DNA of 64,000 bases from NCBI GenBank assembly GCA_051362555.1, contig CM120642.1:28768001-28832000 (forward strand), given 5' to 3'. Shown piece after piece: positions 1 through 10,977 of this stretch. Made by a program: the position numbers and the translations under genes. Origin of the DNA: Lingula anatina. Its lineage: Eukaryota; Animalia; Brachiopoda. Every line of letters starts with the position of its first letter. Position 1 is the first letter of the stretch. The notes beneath the pieces were generated by a model. That model was not told the origin of the DNA, ran no database searches, and worked only from the letters and a program-made list of their open reading frames with translations.

Positions 1-30
1 AGAAATAAAGTATTTGGGCAGACCTAGACA

Positions 31-328
31 GACAGTGAACCTCCTCTGCCATCTACTGTTGAACTGACTACTTGACTGTGACTGTCTGATGACTGACTCA
101 TAGCACCCTGAGTTATACAGGGTAAATATACTGACACCAGTGAACCTCTTCTGTCATCTACTGTTGAACTGACTATTTGACTACGACTGTCTGGTGACTG
201 ACTCCCCACATCCTGTTTTACACAGGGTAAATATACTGACAACAGTGAACCTCCTCTATCATCTGCTGTTGAACTACACGACCATGAATCATCACACCCC
301 GTGCTACACAGGGTAAATATACTGACAA
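31..328. repeat. Tandem repeat, ~105-bp unit, about 2.8 diverged copies
   Basis: AGTGAACCTC recurs at 34, 139 and 244 (period 105); each unit ends in CAGGGTAAATATACTGAC; the third unit is internally shortened. Confidence 0.9.
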
Positions 329-1493
329 AAGCAAGATCTATGTACACAGATGGTGTCTTAAGAAATGAGCATATTGAAACTCAGGGCAAGTGGGTGGATC
401 ATGATGGAGACACATAAAAAAAAACTTATCAGACGAAAGTAAGCATGCTTCCCAGTGCCTTTTGAATACCCTTCCCTGGTCTTATCTTCTCCATTTCAGT
501 GTCTGAATTCTATTTTTCTGGTGACTTTTTATTTCCTAAGCTGACTAAAACTAGATGTTCCTGGATTGAGATTTTATTTAAAATAATTCTGCTTTTAAAT
601 ATTTAAACAAATAATTTTTATAGTTGTATTATTTAAACTTATAGTAATATTTTGGAATTTTTTGAAGCTTCTTAGATGTTCTTCAAAATTTCAAATTATT
701 TTTATCCAGAAATTTCCCAGCTGAACTTTTTTTCACTATCTCAGCCTGAAATTGTTAGAGCAGGTCAACAGCTGAGAAATGTCTAGCCAGCTTAGAATGA
801 GGAGAAGGAAGATAAACTTTCTTTTTATCCACAGGGCAAGAGAGACATTTCAAGAGAATGAGCACCTGGTACAAATGGAGGGAAGCAGGAAGCTCTTCCA
901 ATACAAATCTCCTTACAATCTAGAGTGCTTTATTTACGAAACCACCTACATAGTTATTGCACATTTTATCCAATAATCTAAAGGCAGCCATACTGCTACT
1001 TTGGAAACCAAGGATCTCCTTTTGCAGTCCAGTCCCTTAAATATTTGTGAGTGCTAAGATACCACACACAAACATTACCCTGCCCTGAAAACTAAATGCA
1101 TCTCCTTATCTTGGACCTTTCACAGGCACAGGGATGAAACCCCCGTTTGGTGAAAAAGCTGGAAAATATATTGTGGCAGCCAATGCCAATGGTATTTTTG
1201 GGTCCTAAAGTCCGAAAACTGCCAACAGTCAGAAAAATCTTATCCCTGCATGTAGACTAAAATGCCATGAATGAGAATAAAGATTTAGATTTCTCAAGGA
1301 CTGGTTTCCTATAAGGACCTATCCTTCCCTATGCCAGAAATCACTAAAACATTAACTGGAATTATGGGTTATAGAATGAATTATGGGTTTTAGTACTGTA
1401 TCTACTTAGTTTACAAAACAGGAGCATTTTTCTATCATAAATCCAAAGAACTCTAGATGGCATTTTATTTCATTTTACGTCAATATATCTCAC

Positions 1494-3431
1494 CTAGATC
1501 TGTCTCACAGTTTCTGCCACTGTAAGGAGGGGGGCAGACACAGGTGTAGTTCTTGAATCCGTCCTGACACACTCCAGCATTTTGGCACGGCTGACTCCAG
1601 CAGTCGTTGATGTCAAAGTCACCTGAAATGACAAATTATATGTAATGTAGGGTAGAGGCAGGCTGTTTGCTTCACCAGTCAACTTCAACACATATTTTTC
1701 ATCAACACTTGCTAATGCTAAAGTTATTCCAGAATAATTACCATAACTACCATTTTGGTGGTAATAAAGTTACAAAATAACTAACTTATTTTAAATAAAT
1801 AAAAGCAACAAGTGAGAGTGTGCTCTGTTTCAATTTCATTGACTCAAGTCTGCAATAAGATAGACAAAAGTGTTCTAATAAAGTTAGCTCTGGCAGTTAC
1901 TGATGCCAAAATTGTTAAGGATTAACAAAAGAGTACCTTCTTAATTGTTTAATTAACTCCACAAAATGCATCTTTTAATTTTTCAACTTATTATTTACAA
2001 GCATAGTTACAAAAATGCTGCAGTTAAAACTATTTTCAATGGGTAAATTTTTAGAAGTTCTAACAAGATTCTTTTCTCAACTACAGCAATCATGACTGTT
2101 TCCAGTGTATGAAAAGTATTAGCAGCCTTTCAGGCTCCCTACTGCTCTATCCCAACTTAAGCCTCTTTATCAGTTTTACAGAAGTCTATGTTTCTTTGAA
2201 CCAATTTTTACAACCAGGTGAGTGTCCCAAGAGTAAGCAGGTGCCCAGACAGGAAGATATCAATGCAGTGAATACATGGACAGGATGAGTGTTAATTTTA
2301 ACTATGAAATCTGACACTGTGTCAACATCCTGGGATATCATCAGAAAGACTCCTTAAGCTTTTCAACCATGCCAGAATATATACAAGAACAAATTTTAGT
2401 TAAAAGCTTTGGATGGGGAATTTTTTTCTCAAAAATGACAGCTATAACAGACTTACCAGTCACTGATGGCCATCTAAGAAGAAGTTATTCCATCTAAATA
2501 AAGTCTGTTGAATTAACATTATTACAATTTGCCTTTTTGTAGAAAAGGGAGATTTTACCAGATCAAACTCAATGTCATATGTTTCTTGCCCAATCTGAGC
2601 TGCCTTGTTAGGTCTGATACATTGTTACTCTTGGTCCACAAATTAAAATCTACAGACTGCTAATAAAAGGATTGGTTCATTTTGACTAAAGAAAATGAAG
2701 AATTCCAATAATTTTTGGCCTACTTATCTTTCTTTCTTTCTTTTCTTTCTTTCTTTCTTTCTTTCTTTTCTTTCTTTCTTTCTTTTTTTCTTTCTTGTTT
2801 TTCTTTTTTTTTCTTTTTTTTTTATTTATTTTTTTTTTAGACACAAATCCTGATTATACTCACTACAAGGCTGTGACTCCAGTGGACAGTTGCCCCAGTC
2901 TACATTGGCGTGACCCGCTATATTCTTGTCCAATTCCACCGTGAGAGCACCTTCAATACAGCCCAGATAGCCTCTTCCTATCGTCAGTGGACTTCCTCCA
3001 GTAAAATTCAAATTTTTAAAATCACTGTTATATGTACTATTGGCTATAAGGCGTTCATATCTTTTATTCGAGCCCTGCTCGATTGTTAATGTGACGTTGC
3101 CCACCTGGTATTTTAGGCTGAGCTTATACCAATTGTTATTATTCAGATCTTGACCGATTGTTAAAATATTTGACACAGAATCTTGGGAAGCATTCCATTT
3201 TAAAAGTAAAGATCCATTTGTGTTTACATAAAATTCTATGGAGTCCCCGTTTGCTCCGTGGTCAGATAAAAGTTGCCCTTCGGAACAAGTCCGAAATTGA
3301 AAAGTAGTCCTTTTGTGCACGTCAAATGTGTTTGTTGATTCCACATATGCGGATGAGTTAAAATAGGCCTTGTTCTGGAACTGTGCCTGCGTGAGTTGAC
3401 AGCAGGCCAGCAACAGTACCAGCAGCAACAT
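1494..3431 (-). CDS. crb: Protein crumbs, 5' part (signal peptide, N-terminal laminin-G-like domain, first Ca-binding EGF); gene continues beyond the window start
   Basis: Exon 3433-2864 (CAG acceptor, ATG at 3431, GTGAGT donor, phase 1) encodes MLLLVLLLACCQLTQA then AYFNSSAYV...FQFRTCSEGQLL, resembling the Drosophila Crumbs N-terminus (AYFNGS...SFRSCRGGEIL, from memory). Exon 1622-1494 (129 nt, phase 1-1) encodes DFDINDCWSQPCQNAGVCQDGFKNYTCVCPPPYSGRNCETDL, a canonical cbEGF. Confidence 0.85.
2728..2838. repeat. (CTTT)n/poly-T microsatellite
   Basis: Direct reading; lies just inside the crumbs intron. Confidence 0.9.
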
Positions 3432-4137
3432 CTCTGAAATGACAAGAAAAATACTTCAATAATAATTCTAGGGCATTCCAGGGTATTTGTGTCCTGGAGA
3501 GAAAATTTTTAAATGCACAAAAAATCAACAAAAATAACATTTTCTGAAAAAAAAAGACTTAAGGTTTAGGGATTGATAAAAGATTGTGAATTCATGAATT
3601 TATAGAGCATTTAAATTATTTATTTTTGAACATGTAGTGTGACTTATAAAAGAATAGATTAAATAGCTATAATATGAGGTGAAGATAAAAATTAGTACAT
3701 TAGAAATGGTTTCAAAGGAATGCAATTAGCAGTTGGTCAAAGGTTTCATTGGATAAGACAGGGGAGGTTAACAACTGAGGGAGATAAACTGTAGATCTAC
3801 ATTCACAGTATTTATCATTCCACAGAGCGCAGAAAAAAGCCACCTCTAAACTTAATGCCCCTGTCAGCAGCACTTATTATTTAACATGTATGTCCTGGGG
3901 GAGAAAATTGATGTTAAAAGTCCTGAAGTTGATCCATGTGTGAAACAAGTTATTCAATTAAAGTATGTGGTGTATTCTTAAATGTGGGTAATATGATATT
4001 ATCTACACCCATATAACCCACCTTCTGCTCCACCCCATCATTACAGTGGCCTATGAGATTACAGAACCCTTAGCCCAGTGTATTAAGTGGGTTGGGGGGT
4101 GGGGGGTTGAGGGGAGAGGCAGAGAGAAAGTTTGGAC

Positions 4138-4374
4138 CAGGGGCGGATCCAGGATTATTTGAAGCAGACCCTCCCCCTTTGCGTGGGGTTCAGGGCCTGA
4201 AAATATTTGTTATTTTAGAGGGCAAATGGTCATTCGGTGGTTTAGAAAGTTCTATGATTCAGCTAGTCAAAATTTTAATTTCAAGAGGGGGCCATTGGAT
4301 TTTCCGAAATTGTAGGGGGGGGGGGGGAGGGGGAGGGTCAGGACCCCGATGACCTCCCTCTAAATCCGCCACTG
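4138..4374. mobile_element. Non-autonomous hAT-like MITE
   Basis: Termini CAGGGGCGGATCCAG ... CTAAATCCGCCACTG are imperfect inverted repeats; TGGAC flanks both sides; internal poly-G; no coding capacity. Confidence 0.7.
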
Positions 4375-6181
4375 TGGACTGCCCTCTTTTTTCTCCTCGG
4401 ACTGGCTTCCAGCCACACTTCTAGGACACGATCCCGTTTTTCTCCATCACAACAGAAAGCAAATGTGTTAAACCATTATAAGGTATTTAGTGACCTGGAG
4501 ATATGTTATCAGTGAACTTAGTCAACAGAATGATACGCAGCTCAATAATGTACTGAGATTATTTGTCAATAAAGGATGATAAATTATTTTGTGACCCAGC
4601 AATGAAAACTAAATAGTATGATTAACATTTGCCCAAGACTTTTCTGCTAAATATACACTGTACAGACACACGTTGTTCCAGAAAAAAAAAACAGCACCAA
4701 CATATTTGTCATATTTCTTTAGCCAACATAAAACTTTTTCTGATGTGGTTTAGGTGACTACACGCCACCGTGAGCATGGATTGTGGTATTATTATGTAGT
4801 GACATGAGAACATACACCAAGAAGAATGGCCCCAGTGTGAAGAGAATACCTGTATATACATGTTGACTGAGGTTGAAGGGTCCTGTGACATTCTGACTTT
4901 ATAGGCATGTGTACACTGGCCACTTGTTGTTTACAATTAAATATTATGGCTAAGGAAAGCAAAAAAAAAAAATAATAATAATAATAATAAAATAAAATAA
5001 AATAAAAAATCTTTTGGGGCACTTCTTTGATTTGTCAAACTGATAGTAAAAGTATGCTAGGAATATTCTATGTAATGTGTTAGCAGAAAGTCACCAGCTC
5101 AGCAGCAAAACCACCTGCATATATGACTGAATGCAGCAGTGAAGTGTAGTTACTTAATACAAAGGTGGCCTAGTGCTGAGCTGACGCCTGTCCGACAACT
5201 TAAGTTGAATGGTGGCACAAGTTCTACATCCAGAACTGGTCTCTCTCTGTTGTCAACCTGAACACACCAGTCTCGTTCTAACCACCTTGTCCTCCTGACC
5301 CCCCTCCTTTATAACCTGATAACATCTGCAAAAGGAGCTGCTGGTATGTTTCAGCTTGGCTACATAACAATATTATGGTATGTGTGTATGTGTGTGTGTG
5401 TGCTTGGACAGTTGCCTTTCACCTGGCTACACCTGTCTACAGGTTGAAATGCTGACTCGATGCTAGGACCCAGCTCGGCATTATTAGCTAAAGATTCACA
5501 TCATGTCTACACTTCAAACGATCCACCTTTAGTGTTACTTTGATCAGCACAGGTAAATAACCCTTCTCTTAGTGAAATGCAGTTAGCTGCAGGATAAGCC
5601 TAATCAGATTATCCGTAATATCTTGTGATAGGGTGGCAGAGCTGAAAATTTGTCGTCACCTCTTCGCCTGCTTATCTGCCCTACATCGCCCCCTCCCCCC
5701 CCCCCTCGACTGATCCTATCTGCTTCACATCTTCAAGCCAGCTGTTGAATATCTATTACTAGTACCTGCATTAAGTCAATAAGAGGAATTTTTTTTAAGA
5801 AAGGTCCTTAGAGCCTCAATCTTTTGTTAACAACGGAGTAATTTTTCTTTCAATTCACAAAGCGATGTCAAGCTCCAAAATGACCAGCTACTTGTATCAC
5901 CCATCTGGAAACAACACTATACCCATGGCTCCTATATCCTCATGAAATATTAAAATATTTCAAACCTTTATCACTCTCCATCTACCTGCATCAAATAACT
6001 GATGATTTTCCTCACACTTTAAACAGTTAATCCTGCACTGCAGACACTGTGCACAGACAAATATATGTGCATATAATATAAGAGAAGTAAAACCCTCACC
6101 AGATAAATAGCACTGATAATATCTGACTCTGACCAGATTATGAAATAAAACACTGTGGTAAGTTGAAACAAAGGACAATGG

Positions 6182-6216
<35 letters not shown>

Positions 6217-6679
6217 ATACTTATGGCCATTGCACAGGAAAATCTAAATATATCATAATAACATACGAAGGCTCAATCTTTACCACTTTGCCCTTGTAAA
6301 AATTATTTTAAAATGTCAAAAACTGTGAACATGAACTTCATGTCTTCACCACTGACATGCAACAGATTTGGACTACAAAAAGGGGATACTTGAAATTATA
6401 TTGCAGCACATGAAAATGTTGTATTTTTATTCAACTGGCTACTAGGGATCTAATCTGTTTATTTTAGTTTGTTTTTGTTTTTTTATGAACTGAATAGTGT
6501 TTTCTTTCTGCGTTTTCTTTAATTGCACTCTGCAGACAGTCCTGAATATTTTTAAGAAGGACTGGAGATCAGGGACTACACACATGGAAAACTCCCATAC
6601 ATCCTGCCATCTCTTCAACCTGATGCTTTCTCATTTCTACAATAATCAAAAACCCATTCTCAAAAAAAAAAAAAAAAAG

Positions 6680-6710
<31 letters not shown>

Positions 6711-6885
6711 ATTCTCCACCACAAAACCACAACATCAATAATCATTTTCACTTCTTTCTATTTGCTCAGGCTCATCTCTCCAGTCCAGTGCATCTCTAAG
6801 GCCTGGACATCTCTCCAGTGTGCCTTCTAACAACCGCACCATTGTTCTGAATACCATAATACTCCAGCCACACTGTTGGGCCGCA

Positions 6886-7080
6886 TTCACAATCACAGTT
6901 GATCCACAGACTAACAGATCCTCATATCAAATAATTATGGTTTGACTTAAAAGCTTCCTGCCTAATCCCCGCGGGGGAATCTATTCAGTGTCTATTGGAG
7001 GATTATGCTGCATGCTTTCAAGTGGGTCGGCCATATTTGATCCACGGATCAGTTGGTCAGGGGATCATGTTGTTCTGAAT
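6886..7080. mobile_element. Palindromic MITE-like repeat (related end at ~28027-28075)
   Basis: 5' end ATTCACAATCACAGTTGATCCACAGACTAACAGATCC is roughly the reverse complement of the 3' end GGATCAGTTGGTCAGGGGATCATGTTGTTCTGAAT; a similar end, GGATCTGTTAGTCCGAGGATCAACTTGTTCTGAA, occurs near 28040. Confidence 0.5.
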
Positions 7081-7142
7081 GCATCCTTATTGTACACATA
7101 TCACTACTGCTAATATATCCATACAGTTGTGCTCACATAAAT

Positions 7143-7373
7143 GGGCCCATTCCCAATGAAATAATCGTTCTATGTACATTGATCCAAGTCCATGGGATTT
7201 CTTGCTGAATGTAATCAGTGGAACACTCCTTCTCCTAGCGTTGAGTAGTGATTACATGGGTATGTTGGAAAGGAGGTGTGTTAATCTGTTTATCTGATTG
7301 CATTCAGCGAGAGTCCCACCCCGCAGAGTTGGATCGATCTATGTGAAACAATAGTTTCATTGGGAATGAGCCC
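7143..7373. mobile_element. PIF/Harbinger (Tourist-like) MITE
   Basis: TIRs GGGCCCATTCCCAATGAAA ... TTTCATTGGGAATGAGCCC; homologous to 25867-26106 (shared GAGTTGGATCGATCTATGT). Confidence 0.75.
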
Positions 7374-8546
7374 TATAATAATGTCCCAAGTTATACTGCT
7401 ATTTATACCTATTAATGAACAATCCGTGCCATACAGTCACTTAGGTCTTCACACTTAAATACTGCTATCATCACATGGATAATGTCCACTTTGAGGTTTA
7501 CAAGATGGACATTTTCCATGAGGTATATGGTATTTTGATTGAGTGTGGAAAATAATCTCAGCTATATAATTATGTTAACTGGCTAATTCAGTATGGCATA
7601 CTACATTCCTTTCAGCCAGGTTAGACAACTCTAGCCTGTGTCAGTGGACTGAGGTCTCTGTAAGTGAAAATAACTGTCATCACCTACAAATGTCAAAGAC
7701 AGACAGGATTCTATAGGAAATTGGCCCATGATCCTATAGGACTTTTTCATTAGGGTTATTTAGATTCTCATGGGTGTAGTGTACATGATCTCTTCCAGTT
7801 ATATTTATTAGCTGTGTAATTCTTAATAAAACAATACTACCCTTCTCCCAAATTGATATGATTTAAACTTCATCAAACATATGACTCACTATTAAAGTAC
7901 TTGAGTCTCTTCACCAGAAATAGCAGCTTGCATGACTGGGTAGTTAATCACTTGTTTTTCAGATTAAGTAGTTTTAAAAAAGAAACCACTTTCTGAAGTC
8001 TTATAATTCACACACCCAAACTTCTGTGTACTGCAGAGCACATGCTGATATAGAACATGACACTGTCCAGTCCGAAAGAAACTGCCAGGAGATTTATTTC
8101 ACTGTAAAATGAGTAAGAAGAAATAAAAAACCTGTCTGGCAGGGCCTTTACTAGCCAAAGACTCCTCAATACTTGCTTGATTATTTGATTTACCCTACAT
8201 ATCAGATAAGGATTAACTTAGCAAACAATGCTGTAATAAAAAAATTTGGTTGAGAATAGTTTTAAGATGCTGGACCCAGGGTTATTGCTTGATACTTTAG
8301 ATAACAGAAAGCAGTAGACATATTATTTGTGAACTGTTCTACAACTGCTGACAAGTTAAGGTGCAAAACATCTTTCTCCAGGGCAAAATCTGGTCAGTCC
8401 AATACACAGGACTACAAGAATTTGAATGCTTGTATCTACCTGGATATAAAAGTCTTACAGCATGACCCCCCTCCTCCTCCCCCAATACGAACTACGGTGG
8501 CTGGCACAGCTAATAACAGCTGCAGACAGAGGTCAGTCTGATATAA

Positions 8547-8821
8547 GGGCTCCACTCTTAGACTGGGTTCCCATACCTAGATCGATCTAACAGGATCGAT
8601 CCATCTCCCAGGAGTTTCTCTCTAAATTGCTTTCAGCTGAAGGGGCTTACTAGTAGATGTCTGGCACGCCTACTGAAGCTGCTAAACGATAATTTATTAC
8701 CCCCTAACAGCTTCAGTGGGCGTGAAAGACATCTAAGCTGCTTCAGTTAATTGCAATTTAGTGGGAATCCCCTCACAGATAGATTGATCCACATTTAGTG
8801 GGAAAGGGTGTGAATGGTCCC
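8547..8821. mobile_element. Harbinger-like palindromic MITE
   Basis: Flanked by TAA on both sides; GGG...CCC termini; internal arms AGATGTCTGGCACGCCTACTGAAGCTG / CAGCTTCAGTGGGCGTGAAAGACATCT; GATCGATC motifs shared with other copies. Confidence 0.65.
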
Positions 8822-9686
8822 TAAGAGTTATCTACCAGTATGTGCTAACTGACACCCAGTAGCCAGCTGATCACATACCAGACTGGACTGAAACACTTTA
8901 CTAGTACCTAGACCAAACTAAGCCACTTCACCTCCAACCTACTCTGTATACTATAACTAGCATGTTACACGTTCACTTGATGCATCACATGGCTAGTGCA
9001 ATGACTCTTGATGAATTTGTATTTTTAAGAATATCTGTGCAGTAATTTAAACACAAATCTCTTCATTTTTTTTTCTTTAACCTAGGAGCAAATGATCTTC
9101 TCTTTATCATGTACGCAGATGAACTCCTTGGCAACCAATGAAATAAACTTTAAGAGGTAAATTTTCCGGATGCCAGCACAGAGATTCTTACCACACCCAG
9201 GCTATATGTGGCGGGCAGTGGGGTAACCCTTACTATGATATTTCCAGGAAAAGAAAATTTTCTAAGAATTCTGGGACTGCCTATTAGAAATATGGCTATG
9301 TGAACAGCAAACATGCATCACCTAATAATAGTCAAAATTTGAAGAGAGGGAACATTCTTCTGGGCAGACATTGCTGCTTTCTTGCTGACCAGTGACTGAC
9401 TTTTTTCTCACAATAAATCTGGAAGAAACCTGCTACACATTGACTCGAAATTACAAGAAATACAATTAATTATATGGCTGCATCCAGTGCAAATTCTGGA
9501 AGCACTTGTCATGTTCAAGTTTCCAGGTGTAACACAATTGCAATTGATTTTCATGTTATAATTTCATGCAATTTGAATGATTTATTGCCATAACATATGG
9601 GGACTTCACAGAGTACAGAAGATTAATTTGTGAAGTAATGTGCTTAATCTTCCATGAAATGTGTTATCTCATTTACTCAATTCAAT

Positions 9687-9687
<1 letters not shown>

Positions 9688-9724
<37 letters not shown>
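9688..9724. repeat. (AG)n microsatellite
   Basis: Direct reading. Confidence 0.9.
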
Positions 9725-9726
<2 letters not shown>

Positions 9727-10495
9727 CTGGTAGGAAATACTAGTAACTTGTAATAGACATAATATCCACCCAATAAGTTAACAACGGATGTGTAAAAACC
9801 ATTTATGACTCCCCAGTGGTCCTATGTCACAGTGAACCTGTCAACAAAGATAAGATAACGTGAACTATTCAAGTGTGCACAACTGTTCAGAGAAGGAGCA
9901 CTTCAGACTAGCAAATTCAGATGAAGACAGCCAGAGACTTGGAATGGATGCCAAGAGAAGAAGAGAGAGTACTTTAGACCAGATTTTTATTTCCAATCGT
10001 TCTGCCAGTAACCCAATCTGTGAGACGCAGATTTCTTAGCCACACCCAAGATAATTTGCAGCTCTTGCAATGCTTTTACATAGCTTCCTCAATGGTAATG
10101 CCTTCTAAAAAGGTTGTTAAAAGGAAGTTACCAACTCTTCTTTTGCCTTAAACCAAAGAAAATTATAAGCTAAAGTCAATCCAACCACTACAGAACCAAA
10201 CTGATACAATATACATCCCTTTCTTTGTGTTTCTCATTATCACTACAAGTAGCATCAGCTAACAGATGCAGAGCAAATTAAAAACTAATATTTTCACTTT
10301 CTACATTCACATCCTAACAACATGGGCAGCAATTTTATGAACAGAGTACATCTGCACGGCTTCAATCAAGGCATGCGGGTATATCCCACTGATTGTGAAA
10401 CCAGTCAACTTTCTAAACAATAATCACATACACGTTATATAAGCGTTGGGTGGCTGCTAGAATAATATACCATGCAGAGAAAATAATACCATTGC

Positions 10496-10690
10496 TAGTC
10501 TCTTGTGCAGAGTTAAGACATCTAACACTGAAGAACACTATGTTACGATAGGTATGCTTTTGAGCAGACTTCTTACCTAGAAGAGCACTAGTTTACAATA
10601 ACTAGTCTCTTGTGTAGAGTTCAGACTTCTAAACCAGAAGAGCACTTCTTTACAATGGCTAGTCTCTTGCGCAGAGTCTAGCCTTCTTAC
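10496..10690. repeat. Degenerate minisatellite, ~57-bp unit
   Basis: CTAGTCTCTTG(T/C)G(C/T)AGAGT recurs at about 10496, 10602 and 10659, with AGAAGAGCACT between. Confidence 0.7.
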
Positions 10691-10762
10691 TCAAATGCCT
10701 ACTATTTTCCTAGCCACAGGATACTACTATACCTTTCAAATCAAACACTCACTCTGCACTAA

Positions 10763-10977
10763 GGCTGTATTCCCAGAGCTTTTAGATCGATCTATCCCCG
10801 CGGGGAGTCCCACTAGATTACTGTCAGATAATCTGGCTTAAATGTCCCTCCCGCCTACTACAAGCTGTAAGGGGGTAATTAACTTTTGTGTCCGCTCGGC
10901 TGATAGCTATTTAGCGTGAACCCCCAGGGAGTTAGGTCGATCTAAAGTAGATCGATCTAATCTCTGGAAATGGGGTC
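10763..10977. mobile_element. Harbinger-like palindromic MITE (related to 8547-8821)
   Basis: TAA on both flanks; inverted arms TTCCCAGAG..TAGATCGATCTA / TAGATCGATCTAATCTCTGGAAA. Confidence 0.65.

Noticed and set aside
80-135. CTGATGA followed by an ACTCA/TGAGT stem in the 105-bp repeat (hammerhead?)
   Set aside because: No GAAA after the stem, and the other units have CTGGTGA or lack the motif.
1129-1248. CAGGGATGAAA...CTTATCCCTG as a hAT MITE
   Set aside because: Only about 7 bp of inverted match and no target-site duplication; too weak to call.
6497-6799. Poly-Lys/poly-Phe ORFs and a possible retroposon poly-A tail
   Set aside because: Artefact of an A homopolymer (6662-6709); no TSD or retroelement body recognised.
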